Source: a virus (lineage: Duplodnaviria; Caudoviricetes). Taken from it: DNA of 64,000 nt. The position numbers and the translations under genes are program-made. Where the stretch lies: IMG/VR virus record IMGVR_UViG_3300027754_000035; one strand, 5' to 3'. The notes beneath the pieces were generated by a model. That model did not search any database, was not told the DNA's origin, and saw only the letters and a list, made by a program, of their open reading frames with translations. This document shows, in pieces, positions 29,101-38,352 of the stretch; positions within the stretch are counted from its first letter, which is position 1; each line of letters begins with the position of its first letter.

Positions 29101-29469
29101 ATGAACGATTGGTCCACAATTGATTTGGGTCATCTTCAAACAATGACTCAAATGTCGGCACTACAATCTGGTGCTGGTATACGCCACCAAGCTGCACAAA
29201 TCGACACAGATGGGTTTGATCCCTACGAAGTCATGCTGCGGCGTAAAAAACGTCAAGAAGACCCACAAGCGTTCCAAGAACCGGTGGTACAACAACATCA
29301 TACCCAAGACATTGTTGCGCTTGAAGAGTTTTGCCAACAACATGGCATTCTTGGATTTAACTGTGGCACCATGAGTCCCCGAGCAGCATTACAATTTTTG
29401 AAATCAAAAATGGGTATACGAGAAGAACCCAAAGTTACAAACCTAAATAAAAGTGTATTATATGGATAA
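29101..29469 (+). CDS. Hypothetical protein
   Basis: Tightly packed ORF with plausible composition. Confidence 0.6.
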   Translation: MNDWSTIDLGHLQTMTQMSALQSGAGIRHQAAQIDTDGFDPYEVMLRRKKRQEDPQAFQEPVVQQHHTQDIVALEEFCQQHGILGFNCGTMSPRAALQFLKSKMGIREEPKVTNLNKSVLYG

Positions 29470-30130
29470 TTCAATTGATGCGTTGGCCTGTGAACATAAT
29501 TTCATCACCGATAAAACGGTGCATGGTCACAACTACAACAAAACATATTGTCGTTATTTTGATCAATTGCGCAATAATCCTGTTAAGCTACTAGAGATTG
29601 GAGTATCAGCGGGTCACTCAGTGCAAGTATGGACAAAATATTTTGCCAATGGAACTGTTGTTGGATTTGATCAAGATATTCGCATCAATCAATATGGTGC
29701 AACTGACAGACTTACTTTGATTCAAGGTGATCAACAAGACTCTGAATTATTGACAAAAATTAGCAACGAACATGGCCCATTTGATATTATCATTGACGAT
29801 GGTAGTCATATTGATGCTATTACAAAAAAGTCTTTTGACACACTATTTCCGTTGTTGGCACCCGGCGGTCTTTATATTGTAGAAGATCTACACACGTCGT
29901 ATCAACCAATTGTGCATGGTATACCAAATAGTTGTGTGTTTATTGATCACGTTAAAGAATTGATTGATTGTGTAAACTCACACGGTTGTTGTAGTTCTGG
30001 TGATATGTTGCGATGCACACACACCAATCCAGAGTCTCAGTATTGTTCACACGACAAAATGCAAAAAATGGACAAACTCATAGAATTTGTCCATGCTTAC
30101 AAGAATCTTGTGTTTATTAAAAAGTATTGA
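29462..30130 (+). CDS. Class I SAM-dependent methyltransferase (sugar O-methyltransferase-like)
   Basis: TDK..HGHNY...Y, LLEIGV..G.S..W, GDQ, FDIIIDDGSH, GGLYIVEDLHTSY. Confidence 0.9.
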   Translation: MDNSIDALACEHNFITDKTVHGHNYNKTYCRYFDQLRNNPVKLLEIGVSAGHSVQVWTKYFANGTVVGFDQDIRINQYGATDRLTLIQGDQQDSELLTKISNEHGPFDIIIDDGSHIDAITKKSFDTLFPLLAPGGLYIVEDLHTSYQPIVHGIPNSCVFIDHVKELIDCVNSHGCCSSGDMLRCTHTNPESQYCSHDKMQKMDKLIEFVHAYKNLVFIKKY

Positions 30131-30131
30131 T

Positions 30132-30407
30132 TTATGCTGGATCAATAATGGTGATCTTGTTGCGACGCAACTCACTGGGCAACAATTCTTGTAGTGGTTC
30201 TAAACAATTAACACAGTATGGAACATTGATGGGTACCAATCCATCTTTGTCGGTGCCAGCCAAAATTTTGCTGACTTTTCTAAACATAACACCGTTTTGA
30301 AACACTGAGTTTTTACACTCCGGGCATTCAACAGAAGTTGTGTCCTTGATGCCAAAGTTTTGCTTGGTGGGTGGCATATTCATGCCTTCGATTTTGTTGT
30401 TAAACAT
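30132..30407 (-). CDS. Zinc-ribbon hypothetical protein
   Basis: CPEC...CVNC. Confidence 0.65.
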   Translation of the reverse strand: MFNNKIEGMNMPPTKQNFGIKDTTSVECPECKNSVFQNGVMFRKVSKILAGTDKDGLVPINVPYCVNCLEPLQELLPSELRRNKITIIDPA

Positions 30408-30410
30408 AAT

Positions 30411-30812
30411 TTATTTTATTACTTTTCTTTTTTTGTAATCTTCCAATGCTGCATTAAGTGCCTCTGTGGCCAAAACTGAACAATGAATTTTTACTGGGGG
30501 GAGGCCGCCCAACGCAGTAACAATATCATCATTGTTAAAATTTTTCTGAAGTTCTTCTATAGTTCTGCCTTTTATTAGTTCTGTAGCCATAGATGAAGCA
30601 GCAATTGCACTACCACAACCAAAAGTTTTGAAGCGGGCGTCAGTAATTGTTCCGGTACTTTCATCAATCTTAAGACTGATTTTCATGATATCACCACAGG
30701 CTGCGGCACCTACTTCACCAACTGCATCAGCATCTTTCACATCACCCATATTACGTGGGTTAATAAAATGATCCATTACCGTTTCGTTGTATAGTGTATA
30801 GCTTTCGATCAT
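30411..30812 (-). CDS. iscU: Fe-S cluster scaffold IscU/NifU-N
   Basis: Y.E.VMDHF.NPRN.G, ACGDIM, FKTFGCGSAIA, LPPVKIHCSVLA. Confidence 0.96.
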   Translation of the reverse strand: MIESYTLYNETVMDHFINPRNMGDVKDADAVGEVGAAACGDIMKISLKIDESTGTITDARFKTFGCGSAIAASSMATELIKGRTIEELQKNFNNDDIVTALGGLPPVKIHCSVLATEALNAALEDYKKRKVIK

Positions 30813-30822
30813 ATACCTATAA

Positions 30823-31926
30823 TTATACGGTCAAACCCAATAAACTCAAGTCATTTCTAATCATCTTTTCTACCAACTGATTAAATGATGTCTTTGGTGA
30901 CCATTGTAATTCTTGTCTGGCCAAGTTACTATTTCCCAACAATAGATCCACTTCGGCCGGGCGATAGAACTTGGGATTGATCCGTATCAATACACTCGAC
31001 GCAGCATCATACTTGTCAACGTCGGTCGGTGTGATACTAAACTCTTCTGATGTTCCATTACCATGCCAACAACCTTCAATACCCGCATACTTGAACGCAA
31101 GTTCCACAAACTCCTTGATGGTGTGAGTTTCATTACTACTCAACACATATTCTTGAAGCTTCATATTGCTGTCAATGTCAACACGATACTTTTCTTGATT
31201 CAACATACGCCAAATACCATCAACGAAGTCTTCGGCATCACTCCAATCACGTTTGGCATATACGTTGCCAAGTTCAATTGCCTCAAATGTCTTGCCATTG
31301 ACCAAAGCCTGCTTGATACGAGCAATACCCTTGGTGATCTTACGAGTAACAAACTCTTCACCACGACGAGTTCCTTCATGATTAAACAACAGACCTTGCA
31401 CGGCATACATATTGTAACTCTCTCTGTATACCTTTACCAACTGGCGAGCAGCACTCTTGCTTGCACCATAGGGACTGCGTGGTCGTGCTGGATGATTTTC
31501 ATCTTGTGGTGTATAAGCAACATTACCATATTCTTCAGACGAGCCAGCGTTATAGAACCTACATGTTGGATTATGTTGACGAATAGCTTCTAGGATATGA
31601 ATGATACCAGTTGTATTGCATTCCCAAGTCTGGGCTGGAAAGTCCCAACTTGATCCAACAAATGTTTGTGCAGCTAGGTTGATAAAATAGTCAGGCTTGA
31701 TTTGTTCAATTGTTTTTGAGATACTATGCGCATCACTCAGATCAAAATTAATCAACTTGAAACGACTTTCATTTTCAAGATGGCGTAGATTTTCATGATT
31801 CTTAATACTTAAGCGTCTGGCTCCGCCAAAGATAGTGTAATCGGTGTTTTTAAGCAAGTAGTCAACCATGTGGCTACCATCTTGACCGGTTACACCGGTA
31901 ACAAATACGGTCTTTTTGTTATTCAT
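30823..31926 (-). CDS. gmd: GDP-mannose 4,6-dehydratase
   Basis: VTGVTGQDGS, NLAAQTFV..SW, RFYNAGSSEEYG, PRSPYGASK, FNHEG.RRGEEFVTRKIT, KRDW, FYRPAEVDLLLG. Confidence 0.96.
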   Translation of the reverse strand: MNNKKTVFVTGVTGQDGSHMVDYLLKNTDYTIFGGARRLSIKNHENLRHLENESRFKLINFDLSDAHSISKTIEQIKPDYFINLAAQTFVGSSWDFPAQTWECNTTGIIHILEAIRQHNPTCRFYNAGSSEEYGNVAYTPQDENHPARPRSPYGASKSAARQLVKVYRESYNMYAVQGLLFNHEGTRRGEEFVTRKITKGIARIKQALVNGKTFEAIELGNVYAKRDWSDAEDFVDGIWRMLNQEKYRVDIDSNMKLQEYVLSSNETHTIKEFVELAFKYAGIEGCWHGNGTSEEFSITPTDVDKYDAASSVLIRINPKFYRPAEVDLLLGNSNLARQELQWSPKTSFNQLVEKMIRNDLSLLGLTV

Positions 31927-31973
31927 AAATTGCTTTGAATCTGAAATGTTGTATATTTCCATAAATTAGTGTG

Positions 31974-32495
31974 TTATATATCGTCTTCGTCTTCGTCTTC
32001 GTCTTCGTCTTCGTCTTCGTCTTCGTCTTCGTCGTCTTCATCATCATTTACATAGTCTTGATTAGTAAGAGATGTTAATTTATATTTTTTGATGAACGAC
32101 TTTACATCTATGTCGGTGATATTATTCTCCATCAATAATATCTGAATCAGTATCAAAGTCAATTCTTTATTTAGCTTTTCTTTTCGAATTATTTTATCGA
32201 ATACCATGGCTATACCCACGAGCATTTGCTTGGTTTTTATTGGTATGTTTTTGAATTTATCTGGTTGTGCGTGTGGCTTATTGGTAACCAGACCTGGGAT
32301 GACTGAGACATGAATAGAGTTGCGCATTTGCAACACAACCATCTGCCGCAATTTTTCTTCCATTTCAGTTTGATCTTTACATGTCTTTTTAAGCTCTTTA
32401 CGCAATTTGCGAATGTCGGTTTGTTTGACACGTTTGGCGATATTAAATGCGGTTAACACTCCATGCTTTGCCAATAGATGTTGAAATATTTCCAT
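31974..32495 (-). CDS. Hypothetical protein with poly-Asp/Glu C-terminal tail
   Basis: Basic body followed by (DE)n tail; start set at MEIFQH. Confidence 0.6.
   Translation of the reverse strand: MEIFQHLLAKHGVLTAFNIAKRVKQTDIRKLRKELKKTCKDQTEMEEKLRQMVVLQMRNSIHVSVIPGLVTNKPHAQPDKFKNIPIKTKQMLVGIAMVFDKIIRKEKLNKELTLILIQILLMENNITDIDVKSFIKKYKLTSLTNQDYVNDDEDDEDEDEDEDEDEDEDEDDI
31981..32028 (-). repeat. Hexanucleotide microsatellite (TCGTCT)x8 encoding an Asp-Glu run
   Basis: Eight perfect copies counted in the sequence. Confidence 0.9.
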
Positions 32496-32496
32496 A

Positions 32497-33258
32497 CTAA
32501 AACCTTTGTTGCAATATTTTTTTGCTGCCTTGCATTGTATCTGGATCAAAAAACTTTGGCCCTCGACTGATGTATCCTTTACCCACTGTGAATGTACAGT
32601 TGAAACACAACAGTCTCATATTTTCCAATTTATGGTTTTTATTATTACCATCTTCAAAATTAAGCAATAGTGGTAGTTTACCATCTGTTATTCTGCGTTC
32701 ACTGTATCCACACTGTTCACATTCTGGTTTTTTGGTGCCGGATCGAATCAGTTTGTCCTTGAGGCGATGAACCGGAAATTCTGGGTACATACCTTGGATG
32801 ATATCATTGAGTGGATATCTGCCTTTTTGTGGATCAATTGGTCCTCGACCTTTTTCAAGATCGGATTTCTTCATGATAGGCCAACCAGGTGTTCTATGGA
32901 CACCATATAGCTTGGCGTATTTTTTGAAAGTGGGATAGCAGACACCCAATCTTTTGGCTGCTTTGCGAGCACTGGTACATTTGTCCAATGCTTCTTGTAC
33001 TTCATGTTGCATCAAGGGCTTGTTTTTTGACCCATGATTTTCACGTTTTGGGTATAATGTATCGCTGAACTCTTTATCTAGGTGTGGTATTTCCACACCA
33101 CGCTCACGCAACATCTTGTATTGTTCCAACTCCTTGTTAACTTCACTACCAATATCACTGAGACTATACAGCTTTTCTACTTTGGCTTTCAACTCATCCA
33201 ACTCTGCCAATTTTTTGGTGATTTCTGCGATATTAAATTTTTCAATATTGTTGTCCAT
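32497..33258 (-). CDS. HTH plus degenerate HNH-like zinc-finger protein
   Basis: ARKAAKRLGVCYPTFKKYAKLYG (HTH); CEQCG...LLLNFEDGN..N..LENMRLLCFNC lacks the catalytic His. Confidence 0.65.
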   Translation of the reverse strand: MDNNIEKFNIAEITKKLAELDELKAKVEKLYSLSDIGSEVNKELEQYKMLRERGVEIPHLDKEFSDTLYPKRENHGSKNKPLMQHEVQEALDKCTSARKAAKRLGVCYPTFKKYAKLYGVHRTPGWPIMKKSDLEKGRGPIDPQKGRYPLNDIIQGMYPEFPVHRLKDKLIRSGTKKPECEQCGYSERRITDGKLPLLLNFEDGNNKNHKLENMRLLCFNCTFTVGKGYISRGPKFFDPDTMQGSKKILQQRF

Positions 33259-33261
33259 AAA

Positions 33262-33615
33262 TTATCGTTTCAGAGAAGCGGACATGGGTTCCGAGGCAAG
33301 ATCTATTTCAACATTTTTCATAAATGTTGATCGCAAATAATTGGCACGTTGTTGCATTCCAGCATTGAGCAATATCTTATAGGTGTTGATATAACGTTCT
33401 TTACTTGTAGGTTTATCCATATGTTTACACATCATGGCGGGATTCACCAACATATCTTCATAAGCAGCCATTTGTTTTACTCTAATTTCAATAGCTCTTG
33501 TACACGCTTCAATGTACCCATCGTCAAAAATATCGTTTTCAACTTGAACAACTGAATACCAGTCTCCGGTCAATACTTTATAGGTATCGATGTTAGGGTT
33601 TTTCTTTTCGGGCAT
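33262..33615 (-). CDS. Hypothetical protein
   Basis: Packed ORF in a minus-strand run. Confidence 0.6.
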   Translation of the reverse strand: MPEKKNPNIDTYKVLTGDWYSVVQVENDIFDDGYIEACTRAIEIRVKQMAAYEDMLVNPAMMCKHMDKPTSKERYINTYKILLNAGMQQRANYLRSTFMKNVEIDLASEPMSASLKR

Positions 33616-35221
33616 AAATTAAGTCTCCGTCGTTTAATAGATCTAGATTTTCTAATTTCTGATTTACACTTTTGCATACTTCTTCTTCCACTGTATTCGC
33701 CACGAACACAATTTTTTGTATACTTTTCGTTTTTGCACTGTCACGCCAAACACGGCCTGTAGATTGACGCATCAACACCGCTGAGTACGATGGACATATT
33801 AACGCCAACCTTGGATATTTACCATTCAAATCGTGCAATGACAATCCAGCACCACCAGCTTGAATATTTACCAAAATTACCCGTTCTTTGTCCGCTTGAA
33901 AATCATCAACGTTTTGTTGTCTTGCTTTGGCATACTTAGCTTCACCATTAACAACACACTTTGTATTCAATCTTTCTGATAGTGCAGTAATAGTTTCTGT
34001 GAAATTACAAAATACCACTATGCTCATACCGTTTTCAATACCTTCTTCAATCATTTCGATGAGCAATGGTACTTTGAACATTTCTACCTTTTGGCGAGCA
34101 CGTAGAATTGCCACCATTTCGTTTTGCTTTTTGTCTTTACTCAATGTTTTTTCAATCTTGAGTAATTCCAATCGCATTTCATCGTAGGCAGCATTAATTT
34201 TGTCTTGATCCGCTTTGTCCACAGCATAGCATTCGGCATCGATTTGGCTTTCTGGGAAATTTGGGATTGTGTCACGACTCAGACGCACACCACGATTGAT
34301 GAAAATATCTTCGTGTAGTTTCTTGAGTGCTTTTTTGTCGCCGGTAAATTCCATACCAAAACGACCTTTAATAACACCGTGCTCATATGCCCAATCATAA
34401 TATTGCTTGTTGGAGGAGAATAGTTTTATGCCTTGACCAACGGTTCGCAACTCCAAAGGATTGGTTGCCATAGTGGCAGAGCAAAACAACATCTTGTAGC
34501 CCGCTTTAAGCGCAGCCATACACATCTCACTATTTTTTGTTTTAGCGTTCTTTAACTTTTGAGCTTCATCCCATACAATCAGAGTGTTCTTGGGTATCTT
34601 CCAAACGAATTCTTTTCTACGAGTGTCTCTGCGCTTAACATAACTTGCAATCAAACTATCGGTTTTACCAATACGAAGACTTTCATAATTTACGATATCA
34701 ATGCACTTTCCCCACATCTTGAAATGATTCTTGATAACACGCTTCCAACTTTCTTTGACTGCTTTGGGACAAACCACCAAAATATCCATATCAAGCTCAC
34801 GGGCAACACCACATGCCGTGTATGTCTTGCCCACACCCACGTCACTACCATCGACGCCTGCTCCCCATTTTTTAATTGATGCACAAAGCTTTGAAACCGC
34901 AGTTACTTGCCAAGGGCGTAATCCATCTGTACACTGCACTGTATATTCTGGTAGTGGTTCTGTTTTGGATGATTTTTTACCACCAGCCGTGGTTTTTGCG
35001 CTAAACTCCTCGGCTGTGTTTTTTGTTTCAATCAATACCCAATCTTCGGCTCGTTTTGTAACAACAAAGCCTTTTTCTTTCATTGGAAATTTGTTGACTT
35101 TCCACCACGAAAAGAAATGTGGTCGGTATTGAATTGGTATGACCCACTCACGCACGTAATAGACGTTACCATCAGCTTCGTACTTGATTGGATCTGACCA
35201 CTTGATGTCCAAGTTGATCAT
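33593..35221 (-). CDS. Superfamily 2 helicase (SNF2/DEAH-like)
   Basis: LRPWQ, SDVGVGKT, VVCPK, WDEAQ, SAT, AGGAGLSLHD, QSTGRVWR. Confidence 0.9.
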   Translation of the reverse strand: MINLDIKWSDPIKYEADGNVYYVREWVIPIQYRPHFFSWWKVNKFPMKEKGFVVTKRAEDWVLIETKNTAEEFSAKTTAGGKKSSKTEPLPEYTVQCTDGLRPWQVTAVSKLCASIKKWGAGVDGSDVGVGKTYTACGVARELDMDILVVCPKAVKESWKRVIKNHFKMWGKCIDIVNYESLRIGKTDSLIASYVKRRDTRRKEFVWKIPKNTLIVWDEAQKLKNAKTKNSEMCMAALKAGYKMLFCSATMATNPLELRTVGQGIKLFSSNKQYYDWAYEHGVIKGRFGMEFTGDKKALKKLHEDIFINRGVRLSRDTIPNFPESQIDAECYAVDKADQDKINAAYDEMRLELLKIEKTLSKDKKQNEMVAILRARQKVEMFKVPLLIEMIEEGIENGMSIVVFCNFTETITALSERLNTKCVVNGEAKYAKARQQNVDDFQADKERVILVNIQAGGAGLSLHDLNGKYPRLALICPSYSAVLMRQSTGRVWRDSAKTKSIQKIVFVANTVEEEVCKSVNQKLENLDLLNDGDLIYARKEKP

Positions 35222-35229
35222 ACAACAGC

Positions 35230-35532
35230 TTAATCACCCATCACATCACGATACTTGGTATTACGTGCGTGTTCATGCACGTTGCAACGCTTGAATCTGC
35301 CATCTTTACCAACAAGGCCAAGCTCCACCTTTTCAGCCATCAGTTCGGTGAAATAGGCACCATTCGTATCATCATAGCCATGGCCCAGACTCACCATTTC
35401 CAACATAAAGTTGGTGCGGTTTTGGCCAGTTAGTTTCTTACACAATGTTTCCAGATAAGCCACCACTTCGGGTACGGTTTCTCTGTATACTATGGTATTG
35501 GTTGTAGTATCTTTGATGTAGTAACGATTCAT
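35230..35532 (-). CDS. Hypothetical protein
   Basis: Start set at MNRYYIKD; late motif CTATTTATA upstream. Confidence 0.6.
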   Translation of the reverse strand: MNRYYIKDTTTNTIVYRETVPEVVAYLETLCKKLTGQNRTNFMLEMVSLGHGYDDTNGAYFTELMAEKVELGLVGKDGRFKRCNVHEHARNTKYRDVMGD

Positions 35533-35611
35533 AATTGATCTATGTTTACCATATAAATAGGCAATACACAAGTACAATTATATTTATATTTGCAGGCTTG
35601 ATGACCGATCC

Positions 35612-35974
35612 TTAGTCTGTTTCAAGTGGAACTGATGAATCCATGTCTCGTTCGGTCTGACTACGAATCGTATCAAAGTACTGAACCAACTTATTAACTA
35701 GATTATCTGCCATGGGTTCAATCCAATCTTGTGATTTGTATTCGGTGGTGCTTAAACCAGCATGAATTGGTCGAATATTACCTTTTTCAAATTCTTGTGT
35801 CAGAAACCCAATTAGATCTTGTCGCAACGCAGATGCATGATCGATTTGAAAAATTTCACACAAAGACTTTTTGTTTTTGTTGCGCAGCCACTTAACAATA
35901 GCATCACGAACTCCGGGTGAAGTTGCTTCAAATTGGGTTCGTAGTTGTTGCTCGTAGCGTAGATACACGTCCAT
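35612..35974 (-). CDS. Hypothetical protein
   Basis: Start set at MDVYLRY; late motif ATATTTATT 6 nt upstream. Confidence 0.55.
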   Translation of the reverse strand: MDVYLRYEQQLRTQFEATSPGVRDAIVKWLRNKNKKSLCEIFQIDHASALRQDLIGFLTQEFEKGNIRPIHAGLSTTEYKSQDWIEPMADNLVNKLVQYFDTIRSQTERDMDSSVPLETD

Positions 35975-36063
35975 ATCAACAATAAATATCATAATAGTTT
36001 GTTATCCACATTTAATTTCTCCAATTGTTGTTGTTGGTAATATTTATATACATAACGTGAAGT

Positions 36064-36750
36064 ATGCCTAAGAAATACGATATAGTAATTCCGCAACGTG
36101 ATCCACAAAATACCAAATTTGTGGAGCGTATTATTTCTGGGTCCAATTTGTTTTTGGCTACAGATCCGCAAGGTAAATTGATTGGTACCGATAATTTACC
36201 ACCATTCAACATATCTGGAAGTAGTATCAGTGCATCAGCACTGTTTGTTCAGGGTAAAACAGATCTACGAGGACCGTTGGTAGCAACCAGTGGATCGTTT
36301 ACCAATATAGTTTTTAATCCAGGCGCACCAGCACCAATCAACAGCAATTCGTATGGTATGCCTGGCGAATTAAGAACCGACAATAATTTTTTGTATCTGT
36401 TTTTGAACAATAAATGGAGACGTGCGCCGTTCAATTTGGATTTTTATGATACACCAAGTGTAACTCCAAGTGTAACTCCAAGTGTAACAGTTACACCAAC
36501 TAGAACTGCAACACCAAGTGTAACACCAACTAGAACTGCAACACCAAGTGTAACTGCAACACCAACTAGAACTGCAACACCAAGTGTAACTGCAACACCT
36601 AGCTTGACTGCAACACCAAGTGTAACACCAACTAGAACTGCAACTCCAAGTGTAACTGCAACTCCGAGCTTAACTGCAACTCCGAGCTTAACTGCAACTC
36701 CGAGCTTAACAGCTACTCCAAGTGTAACACCAAGCACATCTACTCCGTAA
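36064..36750 (+). CDS. Putative virion fibre/decoration protein with C-terminal Thr/Pro/Ser mucin-like tail
   Basis: G.PGELRTDNNFLYL...NKWRR motif typical of fibre modules; [14 protein letters not shown] repeats; late motif upstream. Confidence 0.65.
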   Translation: MPKKYDIVIPQRDPQNTKFVERIISGSNLFLATDPQGKLIGTDNLPPFNISGSSISASALFVQGKTDLRGPLVATSGSFTNIVFNPGAPAPINSNSYGMPGELRTDNNFLYLFLNNKWRRAPFNLDFYDTPSVTPSVTPSVTVTPTRTATPSVTPTRTATPSVTATPTRTATPSVTATPSLTATPSVTPTRTATPSVTATPSLTATPSLTATPSLTATPSVTPSTSTP

Positions 36751-36768
36751 CACAAACAACAATTTATT

Positions 36769-37050
36769 ATGGATGAATTTTTAGGCGCAATCAAAATCTT
36801 TGCTGGTAATTATGCTCCAGTTGGATATATGTTCTGTGAAGGTCAATCATTAAGTATTGGGAGCTACCAACGACTGTATTCAATTTTAGGACCAACATAT
36901 GGTGGAGATGGCAAGACCACTTTTCAACTTCCTGATCTAAGAACCAGCACCTACAGCAAAAATGAGCTACCGTCGGTGACCAACAACACACCCACCGTGG
37001 CCATGAGATACATTATCTGTGTTGATGGTGTGTCTCCAGAGCGACCATAA
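36769..37050 (+). CDS. Phage tail-collar domain protein (short MdpB-like)
   Basis: FLGAIKIFAGNYAP.GYMFCEGQ.LSI..Y..LYSILG.TYGGDG.TTF.LPDLR, YIICVDG. Confidence 0.9.
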   Translation: MDEFLGAIKIFAGNYAPVGYMFCEGQSLSIGSYQRLYSILGPTYGGDGKTTFQLPDLRTSTYSKNELPSVTNNTPTVAMRYIICVDGVSPERP

Positions 37051-37080
37051 AAAAGGGTGATGGTTTTTATTCCATCACCC
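37050..37080 (-). terminator. Rho-independent terminator
   Basis: GGGTGATGG/CCATCACCC stem with A-run on the left (U-tract on the minus strand), between convergent genes. Confidence 0.75.
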
Positions 37081-37101
37081 CATCTGCATTTTGGATTTGT
37101 G

Positions 37102-37272
37102 TTATTTTTTTGTCAATAGAAATTGTACCACAAGATTGTTGAAGAACTTTTCTACTGCTTGTTTTTTAACCACACGTCTGCGAGTTTCTCTCAAATAAAA
37201 CTGGACTAGATCCACCGTTAGTTCAATTTCTTGACCGTCTATTTGAATTGTTTGTGGAGAGCGCAATACCAT
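37102..37272 (-). CDS. Small hypothetical protein
   Basis: Start set at MVLRSPQ after an AT-rich upstream element. Confidence 0.5.
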   Translation of the reverse strand: MVLRSPQTIQIDGQEIELTVDLVQFYLRETRRRVVKKQAVEKFFNNLVVQFLLTKK

Positions 37273-37316
37273 ATATTTATATATAATAGTACACACACAC
37301 AAACATTTCAAAATCC

Positions 37317-37964
37317 TTATGATTTGATTAAAAAGTGATTCCAGTCAAAGTGACGAGCCTCACGAATGGTAGCATATAGAGGAATTGGTGATGGAGCAAC
37401 TGGATTACGTAGCAGCTTCAAACCAACTTCACTGTTGAGTTTATTACCCTTTTTGCTGTTGACATCCTTGCTACACAGCACAAGATTTTCCCAACTGTCG
37501 TGGCCACCCTTGCTGCTAGGTATGATGTGGTCAATTGTGGCACTCTGTCGCTCAATCTTACGACCTGTGTATTGACACGTACCATTGTCACGGCGATAGA
37601 TTGCATCCTTGCTAGGCTTGCCATTAAAACGCTTAACAGGCATCTTATTGAAGTTTGTAGCAATGATCACAGTTGGAGCACGCATCGTGAATCGAGCACT
37701 GTGAACCACAGGATCCCAACTACGAATCGGCAACGTCAACCACTCACTCCACGTCACAGGATTCATGCTCTTTGCTTCGGACGTAATTGGATCACCGTTA
37801 TCATCGACTTCGTAATCAATGTCCAAGACCAAGCTGGTAGGCTTATCGTGGGAATCACCACTACAAAGATCAACGATGGCGTCTTTCACAGTCTTGAAAC
37901 CCACAGGCTGCCAATTGGCATTGAGGTTCAAGCAAATAGTCTTGTTGATGATACTGTTTTCCAT
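37317..37964 (-). CDS. HNH endonuclease (McrA-like, zinc ligands degenerate)
   Basis: LNANWQP, PTVI, RD...CQYTG, TIDHIIP.SKGG.DSWENLV, N.KKGN. Confidence 0.9.
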   Translation of the reverse strand: MENSIINKTICLNLNANWQPVGFKTVKDAIVDLCSGDSHDKPTSLVLDIDYEVDDNGDPITSEAKSMNPVTWSEWLTLPIRSWDPVVHSARFTMRAPTVIIATNFNKMPVKRFNGKPSKDAIYRRDNGTCQYTGRKIERQSATIDHIIPSSKGGHDSWENLVLCSKDVNSKKGNKLNSEVGLKLLRNPVAPSPIPLYATIREARHFDWNHFLIKS

Positions 37965-37974
37965 AACTTCCTCT

Positions 37975-38002
37975 AGTATAGACTCTTTTTATACAATGTC
38001 AA
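37975..38002 (-). promoter_or_regulatory. sigma70-type promoter (TTGACA-16-TATACT)
   Basis: 10 nt upstream of ATG 37964. Confidence 0.65.
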
Positions 38003-38309
38003 GAGGGAATTTTTCTTCCACCAGTGACTCGTCCAATCGGGTTTTTGCTATGTTTAGATCCACTCTAAACCATTCGTTTTTGATTTCCAATGCAAAATAA
38101 CGCATATTTTTACGAATTTGTTGTTCTGCTTCGTAACAATTCGGGTGAAAAATGTAATATTCCATCTTGAAATTGCGATGGGGGCTACCTGTTTGGTATG
38201 TACGCAAACGACTGGAAATATCAGTAGTAACCCCGATTTTGTAGTAATCGGGGTAGTTGCTGTTGCTGATTATGTAAATAAACCCTTCTTTGGACCGTTG
38301 CTTACCCAT
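37989..38309 (-). CDS. GIY-YIG superfamily T5orf172/MUG113-like protein
   Basis: GFIYII, YYKIGVT.D..SRL..YQTGSP, AEQ.I, NEWF. Confidence 0.88.
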   Translation of the reverse strand: MGKQRSKEGFIYIISNSNYPDYYKIGVTTDISSRLRTYQTGSPHRNFKMEYYIFHPNCYEAEQQIRKNMRYFALEIKNEWFRVDLNIAKTRLDESLVEEKFPLDIV

Positions 38310-38352
38310 AGTAATAAGTAGTCAACCAACCAGCACGAAGGCTTTTGTCGAA

